Part shown: positions 42,312 through 52,748 of the stretch, piece after piece | Layout: each line of letters opens with the position of its first letter | Numbering within the stretch: position 1 is the first letter of the stretch | DNA from: Bdellovibrionales bacterium | Lineage (GTDB): Bacteria; Bdellovibrionota; Bdellovibrionia; Bdellovibrionales; JAGQZY01 | DNA: 64,000 nucleotides | Assembly: GCA_964230645.1 (NCBI GenBank) | Contig: CAXRHT010000002.1 | Coordinates: 512,001-576,000 of the forward strand | Direction of reading: 5' to 3' | Notes under the pieces: model-generated | Database searches by the model: none | The model's input: the letters and a program-made list of their open reading frames with translations, nothing else | Told to the model about the DNA's origin: nothing | Program-made: the position numbers and the translations under genes

Positions 42312-42716
42312 ATGTTAAAGACCCTCGGGTTAATGCTTTTTTTTATTTTGTTAAGTGTGAATACACAGGCCAATACCCAGTCCCGACTACAAAGTACGGC
42401 TCACTTTTTTGAAGAGCTCGGAGGCACAGAGGCTGAAGTACAAGTTCTCTTTTGCGAACCACTCAACGAAAACTACTTTAGTTTTTTAGAAAAGATTCGT
42501 GAGGGCTATTCCATGACGGCCACTCTCTTTGAGAGAGAAATCATTAAAGCGGAAAATACAGGTAAGAGCTGGCTGCAAGAGCATTTGCGCCAAGGAAGCC
42601 TTGAACTTCACCAGGAGTTTGAACAAGCGCTTGCTCTTATCAGTGAGATCCTTGAGGAGCAACGAGGCGAACTCAACCACCAAGATCGACTGCAGTGGTG
42701 TCAACAAGTCCGTTAA
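42312..42716 (+). CDS. Secreted helical hypothetical protein
   Basis: Signal peptide ending TQA; two Cys. Confidence 0.65.
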   Translation: MLKTLGLMLFFILLSVNTQANTQSRLQSTAHFFEELGGTEAEVQVLFCEPLNENYFSFLEKIREGYSMTATLFEREIIKAENTGKSWLQEHLRQGSLELHQEFEQALALISEILEEQRGELNHQDRLQWCQQVR

Positions 42717-42871
42717 TCAGCACTCACCTCTTTATCGAAGCACCTAAAACCTGTGTGTAGGAAATCCTCTTTCCCAGTAAATAATAATTAAAAGAATTCT
42801 ATCTCCTGGTCCACTGTCGGGTTTTACCCCTTCAGCCTAGAATTCTCGCCCCTCTCTCCCGATAAGAATCA

Positions 42872-43723
42872 ATGACTCGCATTTATTGTAGCTTTTTTTT
42901 GTTCGCCTTTTTTTTGATTCTAACGGCCTGTTCTAAACAGGTTCATAACACCCAGGCTCAAGTGGCCTCGGAGGTGACTCAAACTCCTGAGGATTCAAAT
43001 GAGGATCTTGACGAGCCTCTCCCCGAAGAGCCTGCGCCAAAGCTCTTAGGCACAAGCCTTTTTATAGGAGATTCCCTTTCGTCCAATACAGAATTTGCTC
43101 ACAGTATAGTGGATTTCATAAATAGTCCTGAGGACCACTGTGAGGCTTTCCAAGGCAGTACTCTTAATCAAGCCCAGTCCTATGCTCGACCGAGCGCGGC
43201 TGTTCGCCATTATGCCGAGCTGGGTTCAAACAAAGACTGGCTTTGTGAGCAAAAAACGATTTATCGCAATGGAACCGGGGTGAACTTTACAGGAGGAGAG
43301 CTTTGTCAGGGCACCGAGGGTGAAACTATTTTTGATAATCTTTTAGATGGTCATAAACCCCAAACACTAATTATTGCCCTTGGCACAAACAGCTTGGGTT
43401 TTTCAGCCACCTACATAGAGTCTGAAACCTCAAAAATGCTTACATCCATTGATAGCTCTAAAGAATGTTACTGGATTCTTCCAACCTATGTTTCATCTAA
43501 ATATCGAGATCGCATAGTAAAAACGAGAAATGCCATAAAAGCTGCCATTGAGAACACCAACAGTACCTGCATTCCTATTGATACCTTTGAAGCTATGAGA
43601 GTGCAGACTCAGTGCTCGTCTTTTTATGTGAGTGATGGAATTCACCATACAAATTGTGGCTCCGGTCTTTGGGCTGACGAGGCTATCAGTCAAATTTGTG
43701 CTTTAAACTCACCGACCCAATAG
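42872..43723 (+). CDS. SGNH/GDSL hydrolase lipoprotein
   Basis: Lipobox LTAC; FIGDSL, ALGTN and DGIH motifs. Confidence 0.85.
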   Translation: MTRIYCSFFLFAFFLILTACSKQVHNTQAQVASEVTQTPEDSNEDLDEPLPEEPAPKLLGTSLFIGDSLSSNTEFAHSIVDFINSPEDHCEAFQGSTLNQAQSYARPSAAVRHYAELGSNKDWLCEQKTIYRNGTGVNFTGGELCQGTEGETIFDNLLDGHKPQTLIIALGTNSLGFSATYIESETSKMLTSIDSSKECYWILPTYVSSKYRDRIVKTRNAIKAAIENTNSTCIPIDTFEAMRVQTQCSSFYVSDGIHHTNCGSGLWADEAISQICALNSPTQ

Positions 43724-44380
43724 AGGCAATATAAATTCAGCGAGAGAATCCATAACCACTGCAAGGTTTTTCTTAAAGTCTTCAGCCACGTTTTCTCTGG
43801 CGTTGTCTGTAATGCCCCTAATTTCATAATAAGGGATATTATTGAACTGCGCGCAGCGCGCACCCCCAGCAGATTCCCACGCCACGGCTAGGGCTCCTGT
43901 TTTTTCAAACAATGACTCAGCTCTTTTGACCGAAACAATGTCCTCATCACCGGAGGCAAGCGCGCCACGGTGAATATCATAGGGAAACTTCTTCTCGTCC
44001 TTGATGACAATAGGCGAAGTTTTAAATCTCGGACTCTTTGACTCAGGTGTAAAAAAAGAATGGTAGTCATGTTCGATGATCTCTTCGACAATTAAAAGGT
44101 CTAAAGGTTTAAGCTCCTTGGACAAGGCTCCCGCAGCACCGATGGTAATAATTCTGTCCACCGTCTTCAAATTTTGTAGCCAAAATTGCGTCTGGATTCC
44201 AAATTGAGTCTTGCCATGTCCACCTTGGGCCAAAACCAAAGCGTGTTCCTTGTTTTGATGGGCACTTATTTTTTTATCCCCACAACTTACTTGAAAAGAC
44301 TCGAAATTCACGCCTCTCTTTTCAAGCGCTGCCATCAAATATTTTCGTTCTAAGGATAGAGGGGTTAGTAATAAGGTCAT
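43709..44380 (-). CDS. MTA/SAH nucleosidase-like (PNP/UDP phosphorylase family)
   Basis: GGHGK, GAAGAL, ASGDED, AVAWESAG and IRGITDNA motifs. Confidence 0.85.
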   Translation of the reverse strand: MTLLLTPLSLERKYLMAALEKRGVNFESFQVSCGDKKISAHQNKEHALVLAQGGHGKTQFGIQTQFWLQNLKTVDRIITIGAAGALSKELKPLDLLIVEEIIEHDYHSFFTPESKSPRFKTSPIVIKDEKKFPYDIHRGALASGDEDIVSVKRAESLFEKTGALAVAWESAGGARCAQFNNIPYYEIRGITDNARENVAEDFKKNLAVVMDSLAEFILPLLGR

Positions 44381-44461
44381 AGTGCCTAGTAAAACATTTG
44401 GCTTAAAACCGCAATCGATACTATCCCCCTCTGACTCATTTCATCGATCAAAATTAGACAT

Positions 44462-44494
44462 AAAAAAACCCTACTTATGGAAGTAGGGTTTTTT
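44462..44494 (-). terminator. Intrinsic terminator
   Basis: AAAAAACCCTACTT/AAGTAGGGTTTTTT stem. Confidence 0.8.
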
Positions 44495-44519
44495 AATTTT
44501 TTTAAATTTAATTTTTAAA

Positions 44520-44813
44520 TTACTGACAAGTTGCTTTTGTGAAAACGTTGTCTTTGTATGCAGCAGCTTGAGCGATCATTTCACCATCAGCAGAATACAC
44601 AGTGTATACGAAAGCCGTCTTACCAGAAGAAGCTTTGGCTTTTGTTGTCACTCCGATATCAGAAGCAGCCACTTGCACTCCACAAGCTCTTTTTACTTTT
44701 CCTTTAGCCCACTCGCTTTTGTCTGGAAACTGCATATTAGGCATATCCATGTTTACGAAAGCAAAGGCACTTGTTGAAAAAAGGATGGCACAAATTGTTA
44801 CTAGTGTTTTCAT
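44520..44813 (-). CDS. Small secreted protein
   Basis: Signal peptide ending AFA; two Cys; own terminator; GGGAG RBS. Confidence 0.8.
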   Translation of the reverse strand: MKTLVTICAILFSTSAFAFVNMDMPNMQFPDKSEWAKGKVKRACGVQVAASDIGVTTKAKASSGKTAFVYTVYSADGEMIAQAAAYKDNVFTKATCQ

Positions 44814-45089
44814 AATTTTCTCCCTCATTAGGTACGTTGTTGCATTCTTTTTTTAATCAGCGCAGCATGCTTTTGCAAACAAAAACCCGGCTGCGAAAAA
44901 AACCTATAAAAAAGTAAAAAGGTGGCTAATTTGGTAGCGAAACTTCTACAAAGCCTTTAGTTTTCACAACGATTTCAATGGCTTAAAACAGGCCTCCAGC
45001 AACACTCCCAGTACCCTGACGGTGAAAGTCTTCCTGTTTTTTGACAAGGAGCACCACTATCTGTCAAAGATAACCCCCTTTCAAAAATA

Positions 45090-47084
45090 TCAAAACAGCC
45101 AACGCACACCTCCCACAAAGTTTCGGCCTGGTAGTAGCACTCTATCTTTCAAGAGGGAAACATGGTTTCGAGCTTTCACATCAGCAATGTTATTCACTTG
45201 AAAATACAGTTTTAGCAATGATTCTGAAGATAGTTTGAAAGTGTAGTTAAAATCAAAATTCAAAAGATTGTAACTAGATGTCGGCGTCTCTTGGGGAGCG
45301 GTTCGAGTTTGCTCAAAAACATTTCTCCAACTTAGGGAACTGGAAATGGCTTTCCGATCAAACTGCGCACCTAACCCTAGACGAATGGGAGATATCTGCG
45401 GCAAGGGTTCGTCGGTGGCCAGATTTTGACCATAAAGGTAATCCGCTGTGAATCGCAAACTCCAATAGGCATGGAGACGCTGACGCACCTCTAATTCCGC
45501 TCCATTGATTCGCGCTCTTTGCGATTGATAGTTGTATATCTCAAAGTCCTCGGGCGAATCTCCCGCGGTTCCACTCTCATCAGTATCGGCAAAAGTTCCC
45601 GAGGGATTTAAACTCACAAAGTTTGAGAACTCCTGATCAAAAACAGTGAAGCCCACATAAAAGTTTCGGGTCTTTCTTTTTATTGACCATTCTAATGCAA
45701 AGTTTGTTTCTTTTTCTAAGTCACTCTCCCCTACTTCAAAAATACCCAGAGCCAAATGGGGACCGTTGGAGAAGAGCTCTTGATAAGTGGGTGCTCTTTC
45801 ATTGTAAGAAAGATTAAAGCTAGTGGAGGTCTTTTGATTAAAACTATAAACGCCTCCAAGAGCAGCACTAGTAGTTAAAAAATCAGCGCTTTGATCCTGG
45901 GCTTGAGTGGGACCTTGATAGGCTTTTAGGTTAGTGCTCTCACCACGAAGGCCAAAGTTGAACTTAAAAGGTCTTAATTCAATTTCTTCAAAGGCAAAAA
46001 GAGCGATGGCTTCCTTGTCAGTCGTCGGTAAAAAGGCCTCTTCCCCCTGAGCGGAATACTCCAAAACTTGAGTCTGTAGGCCTAGAATTCCATGCCACCC
46101 GTCTTTATTGGCTTGGACTAATTCAACTCTTGATTCGTTACCCGTATTGTCAAAAATCGTTCCCGTCTCGCCACCTTCAAGTTCCGTGTGTTCATAGAAA
46201 GTTTGCGCAGATTTCACCCGAAGACCTGTAAAGAAGCCACTTAAACTTTTATGGCCAGCGAGATCAATACGACGTTGCTTCAGGTTGATATCAACATCAG
46301 TCTCGCTCACTACACCATAAGTATTTTCAAAAGAGGCATAAGAAACGCCCAAATAATTTTGTCGATCAAAAAAATAGGTCGAGCCAGCAGCCATGGCTCT
46401 CTGCTCGGTTTCAGAATTTTGAATTTCACCTTCCGGTGTGGCCGTGTTTCTGGCATTGGTGTACTGACCATCGACGTGAAACATCCAATCACTCACTCCG
46501 TAGTCTAATTTTCCCGAAACACTATTACCCTGGTTAACGGATTCGTATTTATCATCGAGGCCTCCATAGAGTCCTGGGAAATAGGACTTATGAATTCTTG
46601 AGTTGACGATATTAACCACTCCGCCCACAGCCGAGGAGCCGTAAAGGAGACTGATCGGCCCCCTCACAATTTCCACACTTTCTGAAGTCAGGGGATTCAT
46701 GGGAACCGCGTGATCCTCGCTAGTTCCGGAGGCATCCAGAATTCCAATTCCGTTCTGAAGAATACGAATTCTATCACCCTTAAGGCCTCGGATAACAGGT
46801 CTTGATGAGTTGGGACCAAATTGAGTGGAGTTCACTCCAAGCTCTTCTCTGAGGGTTTCACCGAGAGAGTTTTTGGCCTTCTCCATAAGCTCCTCACCAT
46901 GGAGATTGGTCACAGTGGGAATTGTATGGAGAATATCACTTCGCTCCTGGCCTCCCAGAACTTGAATGGGCCCTAGGTGGATAATGGAATCATGATGATG
47001 ATCACCATCCTCAGTGTGCTCCTCTTGAGCGTGAACAGAAAAAACGGACAGAAATACGGCTGAAATTAAAATAAATTGAGTCAT
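45090..47084 (-). CDS. TonB-dependent receptor, ZnuD-like (probable start ATG 47084)
   Basis: His-rich N-terminus HTEDGDHHHD; SRPVIRG, DHAV and EIVRGPISLLYGSSAVGGVVN motifs; C-terminal LPGRNF..GVRWLF. Confidence 0.9.
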   Translation of the reverse strand: MTQFILISAVFLSVFSVHAQEEHTEDGDHHHDSIIHLGPIQVLGGQERSDILHTIPTVTNLHGEELMEKAKNSLGETLREELGVNSTQFGPNSSRPVIRGLKGDRIRILQNGIGILDASGTSEDHAVPMNPLTSESVEIVRGPISLLYGSSAVGGVVNIVNSRIHKSYFPGLYGGLDDKYESVNQGNSVSGKLDYGVSDWMFHVDGQYTNARNTATPEGEIQNSETEQRAMAAGSTYFFDRQNYLGVSYASFENTYGVVSETDVDINLKQRRIDLAGHKSLSGFFTGLRVKSAQTFYEHTELEGGETGTIFDNTGNESRVELVQANKDGWHGILGLQTQVLEYSAQGEEAFLPTTDKEAIALFAFEEIELRPFKFNFGLRGESTNLKAYQGPTQAQDQSADFLTTSAALGGVYSFNQKTSTSFNLSYNERAPTYQELFSNGPHLALGIFEVGESDLEKETNFALEWSIKRKTRNFYVGFTVFDQEFSNFVSLNPSGTFADTDESGTAGDSPEDFEIYNYQSQRARINGAELEVRQRLHAYWSLRFTADYLYGQNLATDEPLPQISPIRLGLGAQFDRKAISSSLSWRNVFEQTRTAPQETPTSSYNLLNFDFNYTFKLSSESLLKLYFQVNNIADVKARNHVSLLKDRVLLPGRNFVGGVRWLF

Positions 47085-47094
47085 AGAGTCTTGT

Positions 47095-47142
47095 TGCAAT
47101 ACTTTTGCATTAAGGTCTAGACTTTTTTGCAAATATGTTGCA
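47095..47142. promoter_or_regulatory. Two TGCAA-N5-TTGCA palindromes (putative Fur-family operators)
   Basis: TGCAATACTTTTGCA at 47095-47109 and TGCAAATATGTTGCA at 47128-47142, in a 69-bp divergent intergenic region. Confidence 0.7.
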
Positions 47143-47153
47143 ATAAGTTATTT

Positions 47154-47753
47154 ATGAAATGGTCACTCCCATTAAGCCTTATATTGCATGGACTTCTGGT
47201 ACTCCCCTTTTTTTGGCCCCAAAGTAAAGAACCCACCTATAGCCAGGTTTCAACCATAGAACTTCTAGGGGCTCCGGCCCACAAACAAAAAAAGAGAGCG
47301 AAAAAAGTGCGGGGCTCAAAAAAGGTGAAAAAGCCAAAAGAAAAGAAAGAACAGGATTTTGCCAAATCCAGTGAAAGCACTCCGAAAGAGGGAAATGCCG
47401 AGGTCGACGCTCCCGAAATCGAAGGGGGGTCTCAGAGCGGAGGAACACGCTTGACCGTCGTAGCCCAGTACGCTCAAGACTTGCAACTCTTTATTGAGAA
47501 AAACAGATACTATCCCAGACGCGCCCTTGTAATGGAACAAACCGGAGTGGTTAAAGTAAAACTCACGATAGATGCTCAAGGCCATTTTACGGAAGTGGAG
47601 GTGGTAGAACCTTCCTCCCACGAGATTTTAAACCGAGCGGCAAAGAATCTAGTGACCGATTTGAGAAAATTTAAACCCCTGCCTTCCGTTTATCGAGGTA
47701 ATGGCACTTTCGTCATTCCTATTAACTACCAACTACAAAACTCAGGAATATAA
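47154..47753 (+). CDS. tonB: Energy transducer TonB
   Basis: SLILH TM motif; Lys-rich linker; YPRRA...QTGVV...SSHEILNRAA C-terminal domain. Confidence 0.88.
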   Translation: MKWSLPLSLILHGLLVLPFFWPQSKEPTYSQVSTIELLGAPAHKQKKRAKKVRGSKKVKKPKEKKEQDFAKSSESTPKEGNAEVDAPEIEGGSQSGGTRLTVVAQYAQDLQLFIEKNRYYPRRALVMEQTGVVKVKLTIDAQGHFTEVEVVEPSSHEILNRAAKNLVTDLRKFKPLPSVYRGNGTFVIPINYQLQNSGI

Positions 47754-47755
47754 TA

Positions 47756-48193
47756 ATGAACTTTGAAGAGTTAGAAAATCGATTGAGAGATAAAAAGATG
47801 CGAGTGACCCAGGCTCGAAAAGAAATCTTCTCCTTGTTACAAAAAAGCTCGAAATCTCTCACGCCCAAAGAAATTTTTGAGCAAATCAAAACCAGCAGTG
47901 GCACGGATTTAGCCTCCGTTTATCGTAACCTCACTTTGTTTCAAGAGATGGGGCTGGCTCACCGCTTTCAGGATGGTAGCTTCTCTAATTGCCATCACGA
48001 CCATCACGAACAAGATGGCCATCGACATATCCATTTTATTAGTCATTGCGTGGAATGTGGAAAAAAAGACGAGATTCAAAGTCACTCTAAAAAAGTTTGT
48101 TCGCTAGCTAATGAGATCGGCAAACTGAGCCACACTCTCACAACCCTAAACGAGGTTGTGGTTCAAGGACTTTGTACTAAATGCGATAAATAA
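47756..48193 (+). CDS. Fur-family metalloregulator (Zur-like)
   Basis: RVTQAR, ASVYRNL, His-rich loop, HFISHCVECG and GLCTKC motifs. Confidence 0.9.
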   Translation: MNFEELENRLRDKKMRVTQARKEIFSLLQKSSKSLTPKEIFEQIKTSSGTDLASVYRNLTLFQEMGLAHRFQDGSFSNCHHDHHEQDGHRHIHFISHCVECGKKDEIQSHSKKVCSLANEIGKLSHTLTTLNEVVVQGLCTKCDK

Positions 48194-48246
48194 AAATGCA
48201 AGGACCTAGACCCTTGCTTTTATTCTTATGCAATTTTGCTTTTTTA

Positions 48247-50184
48247 TTAACGGTACTGAACTTCTTCGACATCAAAACCATGACGAGACACCGAGTAATC
48301 CGACTGAATCCTTAGAATAATCTGCTCCCCCGAGGCTGTGGGAGAAAACTCTCCATCGTGATTGCCATCCCATTTGCCTAGAAGGTGGCCTGAGCCATCG
48401 TAAAAGTAAACGAAATCGTAATTTTTTTCGGTTTCAAAACGTGAAAACTTCACTCGAATCTCGGTGGCCCCTTCTTGTCTGAAAACCACTTCTTCATCCA
48501 AATTGTTTTCATAAGGATGGGCCGTTGAAACAGGATCACGGAAACTTCTCCACTGATCACCACGAGGCTCGTCATCGTAGTGCACTCGGTCCACATCAAA
48601 GCCATATCGATTCACAGAATAGTCACTGATAAATTGTACGATAATCGTGTCTCCTGATGCCACTGGAGAATAACTGTCATCGTGATTTCCAGTCATCTCT
48701 CCAAGTTCGTTTCCAGAACCATCAAAGAAAAGAACTTTATCGTAACCACTTTCAAGATCAAAGCGATCAAAATGAAGGGCCACTCTCGAAGCTCCTGGAA
48801 CTCTGAAAGTATAGGACTGATTGGTGTCCTCAAGATAAGGATGATCTGTGGAAAGACTTTCCCCACGACTGTCCCACTGGCTGGGGTCATCGAAGTTTTT
48901 GGGAGGCAGAGTGTTTGTTAATGCGTTATAAGCATTGATAAAACCATGACTCACTTTATTTCTAAGAGCGTTGGTAGGAATGGAAGTTCCAAGGATACGC
49001 GCTTTGATTTCCTGATAATTCATCCCAGGAGCATCCGCGAGTAAAAGGGCTGCTACACCTGCGACATGAGGGGAAGCCATTGAGGTTCCGCTCAAGCTTT
49101 TTAGTCCATTCACACCCGTACTTAAGATATCCACCCCAGGAGCTGCCACATGCACGGAACGTCTCCCGTAATTGGAAAAACTCGCCATGCGACCTCTTGA
49201 GTCGACCGCCGCCACCGAGATCACATTGGGAACCTGGTAGCTGGCAGGATAAGAGGGTCTTGAGTCATTATTATTGCGATTGTTTCCTGCCGCGGCCACA
49301 AAAAGAATGCCGGCCTGCTCGGCTCTTTCAATGGCGAGTTTGAGGTTTTCACTATAACCTCCCCCACCCCAGGAATTATTCATGATATCGACACCTTTAT
49401 CCGTGGCATAGTCGATCGCCTTGAGAGCATCTTCGAGAGTTCCTCCTCCTTGTCCCTTTAAGAACTTAAGCGCCATGATGCGAACATTCCAGTTTACACC
49501 GACAACACCAATACCGTTATTTCCTTGGGCTCCGATGGTCCCCGCACAGTGAGATCCGTGATCGTTGTCATCCATAGGATCACTGTCGCTGTTGGCGAAA
49601 TCATAACCATAAATATCATCGACATAGCCATTGCCATCATCATCAACCCCTGGTTGACCATTAAGCTCGGCTTGGTTTTGCCACATATTGTTTCTAAGAT
49701 CCGGGTCTCGGTAGTTAACCCCTGTATCAATAACGGCTACAACGACGTCACGACTTCCAGTGGTGATATCCCAAGCGGCCTCGGCATCGATGTCCACTCC
49801 GCCATTGTTTTTATTGGCGTTAACAAGGCCCCAAAGATCTTGCAAAAAGGCATCATCAGGAGTCCTGGAGGCTTCATATATATAGTTAGGTTCAGCAATC
49901 TCAACCATGGGATGAGACTTTAACTCTTCTAGAACAGAGTCGACTTGTTGAAGCATTGTTTTTTTAACAACCACTGTGCGGGAGTTTTCTGAAACCACTC
50001 TTTTCATTTCCGCATCCAAACTTTGCATCATTGTGCCCATGGACTGCTGACTCATGGCTCCCACTGCAGGCTTTAGTTTTACAACGAACTCCCCGGCCAC
50101 ATAGGGTGCGTCGACGGCACCGTAAGCAAATGCTGGTAAAAACCAACTCAATATTAACCCAATTAATCGTCCTTGATTATTCAT
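48247..50184 (-). CDS. Secreted subtilisin-like S8 protease with two C-terminal CUB-like domains
   Basis: VIDTG, HGSHCAG and SGTSMASPHVAG triad motifs; two HPY..N...F..F..E..YD...DG repeats. Confidence 0.92.
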   Translation of the reverse strand: MNNQGRLIGLILSWFLPAFAYGAVDAPYVAGEFVVKLKPAVGAMSQQSMGTMMQSLDAEMKRVVSENSRTVVVKKTMLQQVDSVLEELKSHPMVEIAEPNYIYEASRTPDDAFLQDLWGLVNANKNNGGVDIDAEAAWDITTGSRDVVVAVIDTGVNYRDPDLRNNMWQNQAELNGQPGVDDDGNGYVDDIYGYDFANSDSDPMDDNDHGSHCAGTIGAQGNNGIGVVGVNWNVRIMALKFLKGQGGGTLEDALKAIDYATDKGVDIMNNSWGGGGYSENLKLAIERAEQAGILFVAAAGNNRNNNDSRPSYPASYQVPNVISVAAVDSRGRMASFSNYGRRSVHVAAPGVDILSTGVNGLKSLSGTSMASPHVAGVAALLLADAPGMNYQEIKARILGTSIPTNALRNKVSHGFINAYNALTNTLPPKNFDDPSQWDSRGESLSTDHPYLEDTNQSYTFRVPGASRVALHFDRFDLESGYDKVLFFDGSGNELGEMTGNHDDSYSPVASGDTIIVQFISDYSVNRYGFDVDRVHYDDEPRGDQWRSFRDPVSTAHPYENNLDEEVVFRQEGATEIRVKFSRFETEKNYDFVYFYDGSGHLLGKWDGNHDGEFSPTASGEQIILRIQSDYSVSRHGFDVEEVQYR

Positions 50185-50479
50185 TGACCCCCCAAAAATT
50201 GAAATAAGATTTAATAGTCAAAAGAGTGTCCGTCGTCCCCTTGACGGATAAACTCCATTGTATCTAATAATTTAGACTTTCTTTAGGACGATGGGGTTAA
50301 AACAATTCCCACAAGTTCGCTCTTGCCTTAAATACTCTGTTGCCACCAAGACCTACGCCTGTAGCAACCCAAAGACGGCTTTGGAGGCCAATAATTTTAT
50401 TTTATCGATGGGTTAAGCGTTGAAAAAAGTCGAGGAAGTTCGTAATTAAAGAGTATTACTCAAGAAATAGGGAGGAAGA

Positions 50480-51235
50480 ATGGAGAAATGGACACTTATC
50501 ACAGGAGCCACTTCAGGAATTGGACGAGCCACGGCTTCCCTTTTGGCTAAAAATAAAACCTCCCTTATTTTAACTGGACGACGGTCGGAAAGACTGGCCG
50601 AAATCAAAACCCAATTGGAGGAAAATTTTTCCGCTAACGTTGAAACTCTTTGTTTTGATGTCTCCGATCGCAGAGCTTGCGAAAGTGTTTTTAAAGAAAA
50701 CGAAGAGCTGCTCTCTCAAACCCAAACCTTAATCAATAATGCGGGTCTTGCTCGCGGTGTTGAGCCAATGGACGAGGCCTCCATTGATGACTGGGAGGAG
50801 ATGATTAACACCAACGTGAAGGGGCTTCTCTACATGACTCGTCTTTGCCTTCCATTCTTAAAGAAAAATAGCCCTTCTCATATTGTGAATGTGGGCTCAG
50901 TGGCAGGAAGGTGGGCCTACCCGGGAGGCGGTGTTTACGCTTCAACAAAGTTTGCGGTAAGAGCCCTTTCCGAAGGTCTTCGCATGGACCTTAACGGCCA
51001 GAACGTAAGAGTCACTAATATTTGCCCGGGCCTTGTTGAAACTGAGTTCAGTAATGTGCGTTTAAAAGATGATAAAAAAGCCAAAGAAGTTTATGAAGGT
51101 ATGACTCCCTTAAAAGCCAAAGACATCGCCGAATGTATTTTTTGGTCTTTAGAGCGCCCCAGCCACGTCAACATTCAAGAAATGATCGTCTTTCCTACCG
51201 ACCAAGCCTCCGTAGGCATTGTGGACAGAAAATAA
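50480..51235 (+). CDS. Short-chain dehydrogenase (YdfG-like)
   Basis: ITGATSGIG, NNAG, YASTK and PSHVNI motifs. Confidence 0.93.
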   Translation: MEKWTLITGATSGIGRATASLLAKNKTSLILTGRRSERLAEIKTQLEENFSANVETLCFDVSDRRACESVFKENEELLSQTQTLINNAGLARGVEPMDEASIDDWEEMINTNVKGLLYMTRLCLPFLKKNSPSHIVNVGSVAGRWAYPGGGVYASTKFAVRALSEGLRMDLNGQNVRVTNICPGLVETEFSNVRLKDDKKAKEVYEGMTPLKAKDIAECIFWSLERPSHVNIQEMIVFPTDQASVGIVDRK

Positions 51236-51332
51236 TCTAATCAACGAAAGAAGACCGGCTCGATCCGACGGCCATCAAGATTCTAATAGAGTTGATCACG
51301 AAGACTAACTTCGAGACACTAAATTTCTTTTT

Positions 51333-51361
51333 TTGACAGTATGATGCGTGAGCAGTAATCT
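51333..51361 (+). promoter_or_regulatory. Sigma70-type promoter giving a probable leaderless transcript
   Basis: TTGACA (51333-51338), 17-nt spacer, TAATCT (51356-51361); ATG begins at 51368 with no RBS. Confidence 0.6.
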
Positions 51362-51367
51362 AAAACT

Positions 51368-51694
51368 ATGTTTTTCGATACTCGGAAACCCCTTTTATGG
51401 ATCTTCTTTGCCGCCATTTTGATGGTGAGTTTTGGCCCCACTCTGGCCAAAGTTCTTGAGAAGCGCCCGCTTAAATCAGCGCCTCTATCAAAGCTTGAGA
51501 CTTCCGTAGAGATAGAAAAAGAAAGCAGTGAAAAGGACGACTTTTCAGAATCCTTTGATTGGGACCTAAGCTTTCCAATCGACTCTCTCAAATTTGAGTT
51601 TATAAAAACCACTCTAGGTTTTGAAAATTTAATAATCATCCATAAAAATTCGTATCTTGGTTATTTTTTAAGAGCCCCTCCCTTTATCCAATAG
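51368..51694 (+). CDS. Exported leader peptide ending in the RAPP arrest motif
   Basis: N-terminal signal/TM segment, charged linker, C-terminal ...YFLRAPPFIQ*. Confidence 0.7.
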   Translation: MFFDTRKPLLWIFFAAILMVSFGPTLAKVLEKRPLKSAPLSKLETSVEIEKESSEKDDFSESFDWDLSFPIDSLKFEFIKTTLGFENLIIIHKNSYLGYFLRAPPFIQ

Positions 51695-51767
51695 TTACCT
51701 AAATTCTTTTTTCTAATTTTTGACTTGAACTGACTGATTCACAGTCTTTGATCTATTGGAGTATTCA

Positions 51768-52748
51768 ATGTTTGAATCTTTACTGGGTAATATCACCCAT
51801 CCACCCATCCTATTTTTCTTTTTAGGAATGGTCGCTGTCCTTTTGAAATCGGACCTAAGCATTCCGCCTGCTATTGGAAAATTTTTCTCCATCTACCTTT
51901 TGTTTGATATCGGCCTGAAAGGAGGAGAGGAACTCTTTCACTCTGGAATCACCACTGAGGTCATAAAAGTGATGGCCATCTGTATGCTGCTCTCTTTTGC
52001 CGTCCCTTGGATGGTCTATAAAATTCTAAGAAAAAAATTAGATATTGAAAATTCGGGAGCGATTGCCGCCACCTATGGCAGCATCAGTGCGGTAACCTTC
52101 GCCACGGCCATTTCATTCTTAAATTCCAAGGGTATTCACTTTGGTGGTTATATGGTGGCAGGTATGGCCCTTATGGAGTCTCCTGCTATTGTCTCTGGCC
52201 TTTTATTAATCGCTATTAACTCAAAACAAGTCAGTGAATCGGGGAAAGGCATCGATTGGAAAAAAGTATTACATGAAGCTTTTTTTAATGGTTCGGTCCT
52301 TTTGCTCGTAGGCTCTCTTGTTATCGGTTATCTCGGCGGCCAACAAGGAGAAGACGAATTAGCTCCTTTCGTGAATGGCATTTTTGCCGGTATGCTCTCC
52401 CTTTATATGTTGGACATGGGACTGACCGCAGGATCTAGATTAGGCTCCTTAAAACAATCGGGCCCCTATTTGGTCGGCTTTGCTCTTATATACCCACTTG
52501 TCGGTGGAATATTAGGTATTGCCTCAGCAGCACTTATAGGACTTGATGCCGGTGACGCACTTCTTCTGACCATACTAGCAGCTAGTGCCTCCTACATCGC
52601 TGTGCCCGCAGCCATGAGAATCTCTGTGCCCAAGGCCAATATGAGCCTACTACTTCCTATGTCCCTTGGAGTCACTTTCACTTTTAATGTGACCATAGGA
52701 ATTCCACTTTTTTACTTTAGCATTGAAAAACTTTGGAGTGTTTTATGA
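51768..52748 (+). CDS. SbtA-like (DUF897) sodium-dependent bicarbonate transporter family permease
   Basis: PPILFF, KSDLSIP, IGLKGG, YGSISAVTF, MESPAI and ASASYIAVPAAMR motifs; ATG 51768 after GGAG. Confidence 0.9.
   Translation: MFESLLGNITHPPILFFFLGMVAVLLKSDLSIPPAIGKFFSIYLLFDIGLKGGEELFHSGITTEVIKVMAICMLLSFAVPWMVYKILRKKLDIENSGAIAATYGSISAVTFATAISFLNSKGIHFGGYMVAGMALMESPAIVSGLLLIAINSKQVSESGKGIDWKKVLHEAFFNGSVLLLVGSLVIGYLGGQQGEDELAPFVNGIFAGMLSLYMLDMGLTAGSRLGSLKQSGPYLVGFALIYPLVGGILGIASAALIGLDAGDALLLTILAASASYIAVPAAMRISVPKANMSLLLPMSLGVTFTFNVTIGIPLFYFSIEKLWSVL

Noticed and set aside
41685..42412. ORFs 41685..42029, 41825..42163 and 42110..42412
   Set aside because: Translations of the tandem repeat or overlaps with better-supported genes
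34832..44400. Integrative element at tRNA-Ala
   Set aside because: No integrase and no duplicated tRNA 3' end found by eye, although the gene content looks accessory
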